From IMG/VR virus record IMGVR_UViG_3300043765_000021, positions 1 through 53,338 of that record: a stretch of 53,338 nucleotides of DNA; one strand, 5' to 3'. Numbering within the stretch: position 1 is the first letter of the stretch; every line of letters begins with the position of its first letter. The notes under the pieces were generated by a model, which saw only the letters and a list, made by a program, of their open reading frames with translations, searched no databases and was not told the DNA's origin. The DNA is from a virus. Lineage: Duplodnaviria; Caudoviricetes. The translations under genes and the position numbers were made by a program. Positions 19,393 through 27,833 of the stretch are shown here, one piece after another.

Positions 19393-19409
19393 CCAAGATG
19401 GAGGGTTCG

Positions 19410-21215
19410 ATGGCTGATGACGAAGTGCTGCCGCCGCCACGCGTGCAGCAACCCGGAATGATCAAGGGTCTGGTGCCCCGTCTCCCGGAAAGAGGGCACA
19501 TCAAAATCGGGGCGTTGGGTGAGACGCGGAAGACGCGAGACGGCAAGGGCACCTACCAATTGCCGTCGAAGTTGGATCACTTCCGCATCACCACGTTAGA
19601 GCGCGACCGCACGGGCAACTTCACGCTCGACAAGGCGGTCTACGACAAGCTCGACCTGGGCGAGGCGCCGACCGAGATCCCGATCCGCTTGCTCTACGAC
19701 GATCCCTCGCTGAATTTCCCGACACGGTATGCCTGTTACTCGGGCAAGACCTTGTGGTGTACCGGCGACGGCGAGAGCGCGCAGCGCGCGTCGCGGAACT
19801 ACCGCCAACCGATGGTGCGCGGCGAGGAGCATCAAGTCACGTGCCCCTGCCACCGCTCGCAGGCCGCATACGACGGGCCCGAACGCTGCAAGATGAACGG
19901 CAGGCTCTCTGCCGTAATCGATGGCGCGAGCCGCTTGGGCGGGTGTTACATCTTTCGGACTACCTCCTACAATTCGATCGTCGGCATCTTGTCGAGCATG
20001 ACGTTCCTCAAGTCGGTGACGGGCGGCATCCTTGCCAATATCCCTCTGCGCTTGGTGGTGCAAGAGAAGGCGGCGACCAAGCCTTCCGACGGAACGCCGG
20101 TCACCGTCTACATCGTCGCGCTGGAGTTCGATGGCGATCTGGAGGAACTGCAGGAGCGGGCGCACAAGATCGCGCTCGACCGTGCGACGACGCACCTCTC
20201 GATCGAGAACATCGAGAACGAGGCGCGGCGGGTCTTGTCGCTGTTGCCGCCCGACGCGGCCCTGCCGGGAGACATACCGGAGGATGTGATCGAGGAGTTC
20301 TACCCCGAACAGAACGACCGCGAGGCGATGCTGGGCGTCACCGACGCGATGCCGCCGCGCCCGACCCGCGAGAGCTTCGATCAGAAATCCGGCGAGAAGG
20401 CTGAAAAATCTGAGCCGCCTCCCGCCGAGGAACCGGCGACAACCTCTGCACCGGAGCCCGAAACTGCCGAGGAAGAGGCGACAACCTCTGCACCGGACGA
20501 GGGTCTGCCGGTCTACGTGACGCAGGGCCCGCCTAACGGCGAGGAGGAAGAGGCGTTTGGCGGCGAGGAGGAAGAGGCGCCCTACGAGGAGGCGGGATCG
20601 CCGCCGAAGCTCTACCCGCTCGTCACCGAGGACGGCGAGTGCATCGAACTGCCGGCCGACCAGCTGGTCGAGCGCTTCACCCAGATCTTCAAGGGCGCGG
20701 CGACGCGTGGCGAAGAGACGTGGCGGGCGATCGCCGCCGACAACCGCGAACTGGTCTTGGAGACGCTGGCGGAGGACGGGCTGGGCGCACTGAGCCAGGA
20801 CATCCAGACGGCCTGGAAGGAGGCGCGTCCGAAGCCCGCCGCTGCGGCCCCTGCGGCGGCGCAGGGCAACGGCAACGGGCAGACCCGTGCTGCGACACCG
20901 CCACCGGCAAGGCCCGCTCCAGCGCGCCCCCGGGCGCCGGCAAAGGCATCCGACGAAGGGGTGCGCGCCGACGTCTGGGATCGGGAGAAGTTCACCCTGC
21001 CGCGCCCGATGAAGGCGGACAACGCGATCAACTTCCCGATGCTGCGCGACGTGATGATGAACGTCGCCGACCAAGCGCAAAGCGTCGCGGAACTGGAGCA
21101 GTTCAAGGCCGACAACGAGGAGAACATGCGCTGGCTCCTGGGTTTCAACCCGCGCTACGCGATGGACGTCGAGACGCGCTACAAGCAGGTCGCCGAGCGC
21201 TTGAAAAAGGGGTGA
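19410..21215 (+). CDS. phiC31 gp3-like (recombination directionality factor-like) protein with long acidic/Pro-rich C-terminus
   Basis: RLPERGHIKIG...P.KLDHF, C.GDG, CPC..CK..GRL, IFRTTS.NS, L..IPL.L motifs. Confidence 0.65.
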   Translation: MADDEVLPPPRVQQPGMIKGLVPRLPERGHIKIGALGETRKTRDGKGTYQLPSKLDHFRITTLERDRTGNFTLDKAVYDKLDLGEAPTEIPIRLLYDDPSLNFPTRYACYSGKTLWCTGDGESAQRASRNYRQPMVRGEEHQVTCPCHRSQAAYDGPERCKMNGRLSAVIDGASRLGGCYIFRTTSYNSIVGILSSMTFLKSVTGGILANIPLRLVVQEKAATKPSDGTPVTVYIVALEFDGDLEELQERAHKIALDRATTHLSIENIENEARRVLSLLPPDAALPGDIPEDVIEEFYPEQNDREAMLGVTDAMPPRPTRESFDQKSGEKAEKSEPPPAEEPATTSAPEPETAEEEATTSAPDEGLPVYVTQGPPNGEEEEAFGGEEEEAPYEEAGSPPKLYPLVTEDGECIELPADQLVERFTQIFKGAATRGEETWRAIAADNRELVLETLAEDGLGALSQDIQTAWKEARPKPAAAAPAAAQGNGNGQTRAATPPPARPAPARPRAPAKASDEGVRADVWDREKFTLPRPMKADNAINFPMLRDVMMNVADQAQSVAELEQFKADNEENMRWLLGFNPRYAMDVETRYKQVAERLKKG

Positions 21216-21218
21216 GCG

Positions 21219-21623
21219 ATGGAAGAGAAGATGCAGTTCAACGCCGACAACAAGTTCGACATCCAACTCGCCCAGGCGAAGAAGGACGAAATGCGGTTCG
21301 GCGATCGCCTGGAGGGCCGGAAATTTGAACTGAAGACCGAGCGCTGGTTGTGGGAGCGCACCGGCAACATCGCCATCGAATTTGAACAGAACGGCAGACC
21401 GAGCGGGATTGCGGTCACGCAAGCCGACTTCTGGTGCCACGAACTGGCCCGCGGCGACGAGACGCTGGGCTATTTTCTGTTCCCGGTTCCACGGCTTAAA
21501 ATGCTGGTCGAGGAGGCCGTTAAGTGGGGGCGCTGGCGCCAGGGTGGCGACCGCGGCGAGTACAAGATGGCGATCCTACGGATCAACGACCTGTTGATGC
21601 ACGGCACGGAGGCACAACGATGA
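21219..21623 (+). CDS. Putative PD-(D/E)XK-fold protein
   Basis: FELKTE...TGNIAIEF...PSGI..TQADFW. Confidence 0.55.
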   Translation: MEEKMQFNADNKFDIQLAQAKKDEMRFGDRLEGRKFELKTERWLWERTGNIAIEFEQNGRPSGIAVTQADFWCHELARGDETLGYFLFPVPRLKMLVEEAVKWGRWRQGGDRGEYKMAILRINDLLMHGTEAQR

Positions 21624-21796
21624 ACGCCCACACTCTCTTCGCCTTGGCGCATCCGGTGTTCGACCCCGAGAGGCAGATCACCGGCGGTCACCACTGGGTG
21701 GAGGAGCGGCGAGTGACCGCCGGCCTGACGGTCAATATCGGCTACGAATGAAGCCGCTACGGCGGCGGGAGGCCGCTCTGGCATCTGAGCCTTTGT

Positions 21797-22024
21797 ATGC
21801 ACGATGCCAGGGGCCGACCGTTGAAGGCGCTCCGTTGGAGTGCGACGGTGTGGCGGCATTTGGAGGCGGTACGCGATCGCATCCTCTTCGGGTGCGGGAC
21901 AGAGGAGCCGTGGGTGGAGGAGGTTGCTACGATCACGGTGCAGTGGAGGAAGCCATTGCGGATCGACGAGGTGAACCAGATGGCACAGACACCAGAAGTG
22001 ATCGCGCGCCCAGGACGGCCATGA
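21797..22024 (+). CDS. Hypothetical protein
   Basis: ATGA overlap with the next gene. Confidence 0.45.
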   Translation: MHDARGRPLKALRWSATVWRHLEAVRDRILFGCGTEEPWVEEVATITVQWRKPLRIDEVNQMAQTPEVIARPGRP

Positions 22025-22290
22025 CGCTGGGCAAAACTCATCATGTGCCGAACGGCTTTTGTCCGCTCTGCGGCAAGGAATTGGACGCGGCGTCGGGGAT
22101 GGACCACGACAACGCGCCGAAGCCCGGCGACGTCTCGGTGTGCCTGGGCTGTGCTCAGCCTTTGGTGTTCAACGACGACCTGACGGTGCGGGCGATGACC
22201 GCGTCGGAGGTGGCGGATCTGCCGCTCGCGCTCGGCCGGCAAATCCGCCGGGCGATGTGGGCCGCGCGCCAGTTGGATCGCCGGCAATGA
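22021..22290 (+). CDS. Zinc-finger hypothetical protein
   Basis: CPLCG..LDA...P.PGD.SVC..C. Confidence 0.65.
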   Translation: MTLGKTHHVPNGFCPLCGKELDAASGMDHDNAPKPGDVSVCLGCAQPLVFNDDLTVRAMTASEVADLPLALGRQIRRAMWAARQLDRRQ

Positions 22291-22628
22291 CCGAGGCCGA
22301 GCCGTGCGCTCCCGCCGTTCCTGGCGCTGCCGGTGGGGCTGGCACCAATGGTTCGTCGCCCCCCACAGCCAGTGGGAAATCTGCCAACGCTGCGGCAAGA
22401 CCCGCGACCTGCGACACCCCGATCAGGTATCCCGACCTCCCGAGGGCCGAGATCCACCGCCTGGAGACTGACTATCAGATGTTCCGGTCGGTCCGCGCGC
22501 TGCACCGCAAGGCCAGGAGGAAAAGAATGCTCGGCGTGCTGCGGATCTGGGTGCAGATCCTCGTCCCGGTCACGGTCGTATCGGTGATCGCCTATTGCAT
22601 CTTCAACTACGTGTCGAAGCAGCCATGA
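22287..22628 (+). CDS. Hypothetical membrane protein
   Basis: C-terminal TM helix; ATGA overlaps. Confidence 0.5.
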   Translation: MTEAEPCAPAVPGAAGGAGTNGSSPPTASGKSANAAARPATCDTPIRYPDLPRAEIHRLETDYQMFRSVRALHRKARRKRMLGVLRIWVQILVPVTVVSVIAYCIFNYVSKQP

Positions 22629-22837
22629 TCATCCGCAAGATCTTCACCCGCGCCTACGTCCCCGACGAGCTCAGCCATGCGTGGCTGCAGCATCTGCGCG
22701 ACTTCGACACCCAGCATCCGGGTTGCCATTTCGAGGTCATGGAGGACGTGCCCGACCTGACGCTGGCGCAGATGGTCGAGCGGGTGCAGCTGGATCCCGA
22801 ACTGACCTTTACGAAGATCATCGAGCGCAAGCGATGA
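22625..22837 (+). CDS. Hypothetical protein
   Basis: ATGA overlaps on both sides. Confidence 0.6.
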   Translation: MIIRKIFTRAYVPDELSHAWLQHLRDFDTQHPGCHFEVMEDVPDLTLAQMVERVQLDPELTFTKIIERKR

Positions 22838-23208
22838 CCCACCGGCCCGAGGTCAAGGTCGACTGCGGCCCGTGCAGGGCGTGCTGCTACCAAGCGGTGA
22901 TCCTGACGAAGCAGGACGGCGCGGGGCCGACCGACAATTCCACGTGGAATTTGGATCTCGCCTTGTCCGCGGCGACCAAGCACAAGGTGCTGCAGCGCAA
23001 GGCCGATGGGTCATGCTATTATCTCGATGCGATGCTGGGCTGCACGATCTACGAGAACCGCCCCAGCTTGTGCCGGGTCTTCGACTGCGGCAACTGGTTT
23101 GCGCAGATGGGCGAACGCATCGAGCGCGAGTTTATCCTTCACGGCACCGAGCAAGACCGTAAGGTGCTGGCCGAGGGACGCAAACGGGCGCAGAGGAGAG
23201 AGCGATGA
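22834..23208 (+). CDS. YkgJ-like CxxCxxCC zinc/iron-chelating protein
   Basis: CGPCRACC ... C.YL....CTIYENRP..CR.FDC. Confidence 0.85.
   Translation: MTHRPEVKVDCGPCRACCYQAVILTKQDGAGPTDNSTWNLDLALSAATKHKVLQRKADGSCYYLDAMLGCTIYENRPSLCRVFDCGNWFAQMGERIEREFILHGTEQDRKVLAEGRKRAQRRER
22936..22951. promoter_or_regulatory. AATTCCACGTGGAATT palindrome (parS-like site 3, intragenic)
   Basis: Perfect 16-bp palindrome inside the YkgJ-like CDS. Confidence 0.65.
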
Positions 23209-23489
23209 AGGTCAGCGACATCTACGGCCTCGACGATAATTTCAGCGAGCTTGCCAGTCTTGAAGAGCGGCTCGGGCACCACCCCTACAAGCGGCCCCGG
23301 AGCGACAGCATCGACCGCTGCTATATGTGCGGGCGCAATGACCGCCCCGGCGACTTCGTGCAGTCCTTCAATGAGAAGGATGAGTTGCTAGACGTCAGGT
23401 TCGCCTGCAACAAGTGCATGGACGACGAGATCAGAGCCATCGAGGCAGAGGAGCGGTGGATCGAGAGCGACGGGAAGCCGCTGCAGTGA
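23205..23489 (+). CDS. Hypothetical protein with two CxxC
   Basis: CYMCG, CNKC; GGAGAG RBS. Confidence 0.6.
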   Translation: MKVSDIYGLDDNFSELASLEERLGHHPYKRPRSDSIDRCYMCGRNDRPGDFVQSFNEKDELLDVRFACNKCMDDEIRAIEAEERWIESDGKPLQ

Positions 23490-23518
23490 GGTTCATGCGA
23501 AGGCAGGAGGAAGAAACC

Positions 23519-23896
23519 ATGAGCGGCAAGCCAACGATCTGCTTGGATTTCGACGGGGTGATCCATGCCTACAGCAAGGGCTGGCAAGACGGCTCGATCT
23601 ACGACGGCATGGTGCCGGGGTTCTTTGAGTGGGCGGCGAAGGCGCAGAAGCAGTTCAAGCTGGTGATCTATTCCTCGCGCTCGTCCAGCGTCGAGGGCAA
23701 GCTCGCGATGGGCAAGTTCCTCGCCGACCAGATGCGCCAGTGGAAGGGCGAGGAGATCGAGTTGACGATGGCGGCGGAGAAGCCGCCGGCCTGGGTGACG
23801 ATCGACGACCGCGCGATCATGTTCACCGGCGACTGGTCGGCGCCCGAGCTCGAGCCCGACACGCTGAAGAAGTTCAAGCCGTGGATGGCGCGATGA
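23519..23896 (+). CDS. HAD-superfamily phosphatase-like protein
   Basis: ICLDFDGVIH, SSR, KP, IDDRA motifs; AGGAGG RBS. Confidence 0.85.
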   Translation: MSGKPTICLDFDGVIHAYSKGWQDGSIYDGMVPGFFEWAAKAQKQFKLVIYSSRSSSVEGKLAMGKFLADQMRQWKGEEIELTMAAEKPPAWVTIDDRAIMFTGDWSAPELEPDTLKKFKPWMAR

Positions 23897-24273
23897 GGCG
23901 ACCGGCGCGGATCGAGCGCACCGTCCCGTTGCCCACGAAGCAGCCCAACCCGAAGCGCAAGTACGCGCACCGGCAGTTCATCCGCGATCTGCCGTGCTTG
24001 GTGTGCGGCAAGGCCGCGCCCAGCGAGTGCGCCCACGTGCGCCAGCGCACCGACGGCGGCATGGGGATGAAGCCCGACGACCGATACACGTTGCCGCTGT
24101 GCCACGCGCACCACAGCGAACAGCACGTCACCGGGGAGACGACCTTCTGGGGGCGGGTCGGGATCGATCCCTTGGACTACGCCTACCGGCTCTACGCCGT
24201 GTCGGGCGACCACACCGCGGGGCTGCGCGTCGTGCTGCGCGCCCGCCAGAAGCAGGACATGATGCGGCCATGA
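23893..24273 (+). CDS. DUF968/HNH-like zinc-binding putative nuclease
   Basis: PCLVCG...AHVR...G.G.KPDD..TLPLC..HH.EQH..GE.TFW. Confidence 0.75.
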   Translation: MRRPARIERTVPLPTKQPNPKRKYAHRQFIRDLPCLVCGKAAPSECAHVRQRTDGGMGMKPDDRYTLPLCHAHHSEQHVTGETTFWGRVGIDPLDYAYRLYAVSGDHTAGLRVVLRARQKQDMMRP

Positions 24274-24485
24274 ATTATTACTCGGAAGCCTCGCGCGCCG
24301 CCCAGGCACGGTGGAACCGCGAAAGCCGGGAGCGCCAGGACTACCGCGCGTTTTTTCTCGCTGAGCAAAAGCGAAAAGACGCGGCGAAAATCGCCAGGAT
24401 AAGGTCGGAAAATCCAGATCACCTCCAGGGGGCCGATTGGCTGTATTGGCCGCTGCGGCTCTACTTCGCCATCGTGAGGTGGTGA
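24270..24485 (+). CDS. Hypothetical protein
   Basis: ATGA overlap. Confidence 0.45.
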   Translation: MNYYSEASRAAQARWNRESRERQDYRAFFLAEQKRKDAAKIARIRSENPDHLQGADWLYWPLRLYFAIVRW

Positions 24486-24599
24486 AGTGGCGAAAGTGGT
24501 GAAGTGGCGAAAGCCCCGACAGAAGCCGCCCCAGGACTGGCGCATCCGGTGGGCAGGGCGCGTCATGCGCGCCTATTGCTGGATCGTGCGGTGGGACCG

Positions 24600-24767
24600 A
24601 TGACCGACAGGCTGATCACGCACATGATCTCCGAGCTTCACCGCATCCTCACGCGGATCGAGGGGCAGGAGTTCGACATGCCGGTGTCGTCGGAATTGTA
24701 CCGCGAACTGCGGGCGCTCGTTGACCGCGCCGACAGCGTCCTCGCCCAGCGCCACTACGAGCAATGA
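24600..24767 (+). CDS. Hypothetical protein
   Basis: ATGA overlap with the next gene. Confidence 0.5.
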   Translation: MTDRLITHMISELHRILTRIEGQEFDMPVSSELYRELRALVDRADSVLAQRHYEQ

Positions 24768-25378
24768 TCTCCTATGCGTCGTACACGACGACATACCGCA
24801 ACCTGGCGCTATTGCGCAAAAACGGCTGGCGCATGCTGATCGCGCCGACCAGCCACGGGTTCACCACCAAGGGCTTCAAATACGCGCTCGACAACGGCGC
24901 GTGGTCGTCCTACCTCGAGGGAAAGCCGTTCGATGCCGTGGCCTTTCGCAAACTGGTGCTGCGCCTTGGCGAGGACGCAGACTGGATTGTCGCCCCAGAT
25001 ATCGTCGCTGGCGGTCTGGACAGCCTCGCCTTGTCCCTCCAATGGGTCGACCGACTGCTCCTCCACACCCAGCGTGTTCTGGTGCCAGTGCAGGATGGCA
25101 TGGTGCCGGGTGACGTGGCGCCATATCTCGGGCTGCGCGTCGGCGTCTTCCTGGGCGGATCGACCGAATACAAAATCGGCACGATGATGGGCTGGGGGCA
25201 CTTCTGCGCGGCGAAGCGCTGCTGGTTCCACGTGGGTCGGGTCAACACCGCGAAAAGGGTCAAGATGGCTCACGCAGCTGGGGCCGACAGCATCGACGGC
25301 AGCGCGGCCTCGCGATATGCGTTGTCGATGCCGATCATCGACGGCGCGATCCGCCAACCCGATCTGTGGGCGCCATGA
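24764..25378 (+). CDS. Short TGT-fold (DpdA-like) putative DNA base-exchange enzyme
   Basis: ALDNGAW, PDIV, VPVQDG, FLGG, HVGRVN, DSIDGS in the order of queuine-tRNA-ribosyltransferase/DpdA motifs. Confidence 0.55.
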   Translation: MISYASYTTTYRNLALLRKNGWRMLIAPTSHGFTTKGFKYALDNGAWSSYLEGKPFDAVAFRKLVLRLGEDADWIVAPDIVAGGLDSLALSLQWVDRLLLHTQRVLVPVQDGMVPGDVAPYLGLRVGVFLGGSTEYKIGTMMGWGHFCAAKRCWFHVGRVNTAKRVKMAHAAGADSIDGSAASRYALSMPIIDGAIRQPDLWAP

Positions 25379-25617
25379 GCGACAAGCGCGAGTGGCTGGT
25401 GTGGTCGGAAGAGCACGGCGCGTGGTGGGGCGGCTCGGGCTGGCTTTATGTCCGCTCGATCCAGGAGGCCGACCGTTATACGCTGGAGGATGCCCAGGAG
25501 ATCGTCAGGAAGGGCAATCTCGGCGACAAACAAGGACGCGAGTTCAACGAGATCGCCGTCCTAGACCCGATGGTATGGCATGACAGACGAAACCGAACTG
25601 CTGCGTCGACTGATTGA
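25375..25617 (+). CDS. Phage hypothetical protein
   Basis: WLVWS.EH.AWW.....Y.....A.RY...A pattern. Confidence 0.6.
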   Translation: MSDKREWLVWSEEHGAWWGGSGWLYVRSIQEADRYTLEDAQEIVRKGNLGDKQGREFNEIAVLDPMVWHDRRNRTAASTD

Positions 25618-25777
25618 GGAAGAGATCGACTACCGCCTTCGCGATAGACCGAGCAACCGCCCGATTAATTCGCGCGAGATTGCCCGCCAGGTTTCGGAGG
25701 AGGTGCTGCGGCGGCTGGAGCGCTACGGCGCCCAGGTGATCCGTCTCCACGCCCTCAAGGATGATCTGGAGGATTGA
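25580..25777 (+). CDS. Hypothetical protein
   Basis: Fills the operon up to the promoter at 25774. Confidence 0.45.
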   Translation: MTDETELLRRLIEEEIDYRLRDRPSNRPINSREIARQVSEEVLRRLERYGAQVIRLHALKDDLED

Positions 25778-25810
25778 ACAGGACCGTGGAACGCGGTAGT
25801 AGCGTGGAAC
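25774..25810 (+). promoter_or_regulatory. Putative promoter with two CGTGGAAC half-sites
   Basis: TTGAAC-N17-TAGTAG; CGTGGAAC at 25785 (spacer) and 25803. Confidence 0.5.
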
Positions 25811-25830
25811 TTATTAACGGAGGTGTGACA

Positions 25831-26784
25831 ATGGCAAAAGCGCAGGCGTCTGCGTCGATCGCGACGTGGGAGCCGTTATTCGTCGACATTGCCGCGAGCG
25901 CGACTTTCTCCCAGTGGGAAGACGAGTACGAGAAAGCTCGCAACGTGGACCGTGGAATAAATTGGTGGTTGGGCGACATCCTGCGGATCGGCCAGGAGCG
26001 CTGGGGCGAAGCCTTCGCCGCGGTCGTCGATCCGGCGTTCGCGGAGCAACACAAAAACAAGATGTGGGTGGCTTCGCGCGTCCCGAAGGAGCGGCGCCGG
26101 CCCGAGCTCTCGTGGTCGCTGCACCGCGAAGTCGCGGCGATGCGCGACGACGACCAGGTCTTCTGGCTGGACAAGGCGGTCGCCGGCGACTGGTCGGTGG
26201 CGACGATGCGCGAGGAGATCAAGAAGACCCGCGACAACCAGCCCCCGGACGACAGCCAGGAGGAGCTCGAGCTCGCACCAAACCGCGACCACGAGATTAC
26301 CGTGGAACCGGTCGAGGAACTCGGGTTCGGGGTGCGTGAGGAGCCGCCGCAGCGGCCTGTCGTGGAACTGCGCAAGGGCGGGCCGGAGCGCGAGCGCTCG
26401 ACCACCGAGGTGCCGCCGGCGCCGGTCGCGGGGCTCGCCAGCGACACCCCGGAGATCAGCGACCTGCGCCAGCTGATCGGCGATTTGCGGACGCACGGCG
26501 AGAACGGCAAGGCGAACGACGGTGAGGCGGTCCAGGATTTGGAAAGCCGCATCCTCGACTATTTCAATCCCTCGGACTTTCTCGAGCCCTTACGCAACAC
26601 CGACGACGCGATCTCGCTGCGCCGGGGTGGCTGGGCGATGTCGCTCGATGAGGACGAGGACGGCAACTGGCGCTCGACGCTGCGCAAGGAAGGCAAGCAG
26701 CGGGTCTTCGGCTATTCGCCGATCCGTCAAATCGCCATAATCGAGGCGCTGTTGAGTGCGGAAATTGTCGAGCAGTCGGCATGA
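25831..26784 (+). CDS. LmbU-like / ParB-HTH-like DNA-binding protein
   Basis: WWLGD.L..G..RWGE...WVASR....RRR.ELSWS.H.EVA......WL.KA....WS...MREEI matches the LmbU-family pattern; GGAGG RBS at ATG 25831. Confidence 0.65.
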   Translation: MAKAQASASIATWEPLFVDIAASATFSQWEDEYEKARNVDRGINWWLGDILRIGQERWGEAFAAVVDPAFAEQHKNKMWVASRVPKERRRPELSWSLHREVAAMRDDDQVFWLDKAVAGDWSVATMREEIKKTRDNQPPDDSQEELELAPNRDHEITVEPVEELGFGVREEPPQRPVVELRKGGPERERSTTEVPPAPVAGLASDTPEISDLRQLIGDLRTHGENGKANDGEAVQDLESRILDYFNPSDFLEPLRNTDDAISLRRGGWAMSLDEDEDGNWRSTLRKEGKQRVFGYSPIRQIAIIEALLSAEIVEQSA

Positions 26785-26787
26785 AAG

Positions 26788-26824
26788 GGGGGGCGGCGGA
26801 CTTGACCCAGCCCCGCCGCTCCCC
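26788..26824 (+). terminator. GC-rich hairpin after the LmbU-like gene
   Basis: GGGGGGCGGCGG...CCGCCGCTCCCC; U-tract is weak. Confidence 0.4.
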
Positions 26825-26894
26825 GTGAGTTTCCTGCCAACGATGGCGCCTTCCCCAAGGCTGATTGGCAGGTCGCGAAGCCTAACATGCTGAT

Positions 26895-27170
26895 CCGATT
26901 ATCTGCGAAAAAAACTTGTGAAATTTGTCTGCAATTGGGTTGTAAAGCGGTTGACTGGTTTTTGTAACATGCGTCAAATTCGTCCTCGGTAAGGTGTGGA
27001 GCGGTCAGGTTTGGGGAGTAGCTACCCCGGTCAGGCACTCCGTCTTAAGCTCTTTGGCAAAAGGCTCCTGCGGGCGGAAACCCGCTCCACGCCTAACCAT
27101 CAAAGAGCGGCACCGTCGCCGTGGAACCAACCGGGAAGCCAAAGCCCGGCAACGCAGGAGGTTTTTGCAA
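26895..27170 (+). promoter_or_regulatory. AT-rich promoter and structured leader of the replication operon
   Basis: TTGACT at 26951; hairpins GGGGAGTAGCTACCCC and GCGGGCGGAAACCCGC; CGTGGAAC at 27120. Confidence 0.45.
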
Positions 27171-27713
27171 ATGGCTCGACGCCAGAACTCTGCCAATCGG
27201 CCTAACCCACTGGTCCCGCCAGAGGTCGATCTGCGCGGCATCGAATGGATGAGGTTCTATGGCGAACGGCTCTCTCGCAGCACCTTTAACGCCCACGCAT
27301 CTGATGCCGGCTTCCGGGCCGCGGTAAATCTGTGGTGGGCTGCATGGCAAGCAATTCCCGCCGCGAGCCTTCCCGATGACGAGATCGTCTTGACGCGACT
27401 GGCTGGACTAGGCCGCGATCTCGAGAAGTTCCGCGAACTGCGCGGCGAGGCCATGCACGGCTTCATTAAATGCACGGATGGTAGGCTCTATCACCGCTTC
27501 CTAGCCGACGAGGCTAAGAAGTCATGGGAGCTTTTGAAACACAACCGCGATAGGCAGCAACGGCACCGCGACCGCCAAATGGCGCAGGCCCGTGGAACCG
27601 ACGTAACGGTTACGTCACCGTTACGTGACGGTAACGTAACGGGTAAGGAGAGGAGAGGGAAGGATAGAGGCTTCCAGGTTTTCACGAACCCTGAGAAGCC
27701 AGATACAGGCTGA
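27171..27713 (+). CDS. DUF1376/YdaU-like phage replication initiator
   Basis: WM......L..S....FRA...LW...W...PA.SLPDD...L..LAG...C.DGRLYH; AGGAGG RBS; upstream of helicase and primase. Confidence 0.7.
   Translation: MARRQNSANRPNPLVPPEVDLRGIEWMRFYGERLSRSTFNAHASDAGFRAAVNLWWAAWQAIPAASLPDDEIVLTRLAGLGRDLEKFRELRGEAMHGFIKCTDGRLYHRFLADEAKKSWELLKHNRDRQQRHRDRQMAQARGTDVTVTSPLRDGNVTGKERRGKDRGFQVFTNPEKPDTG
27591..27647. repeat. Interlocking GTAAC/GTTAC inverted and direct repeats, candidate replication origin
   Basis: GACGTAACGGTTACGTCACCGTTACGTGACGGTAACGTAACGGGTAA in the 3' part of the initiator gene, preceded by CGTGGAAC. Confidence 0.6.
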
Positions 27714-27833
27714 AACGCTTCAGAACATCAACGGAAGATGAAGCTGCTTAGGTCTCAGAAGGTTCAGTAGAGGTCTCAGTAGCAGACGGCGCCGGCTATT
27801 TCCGGCAGGATACAACGGACGGGGGTCCAAAGC

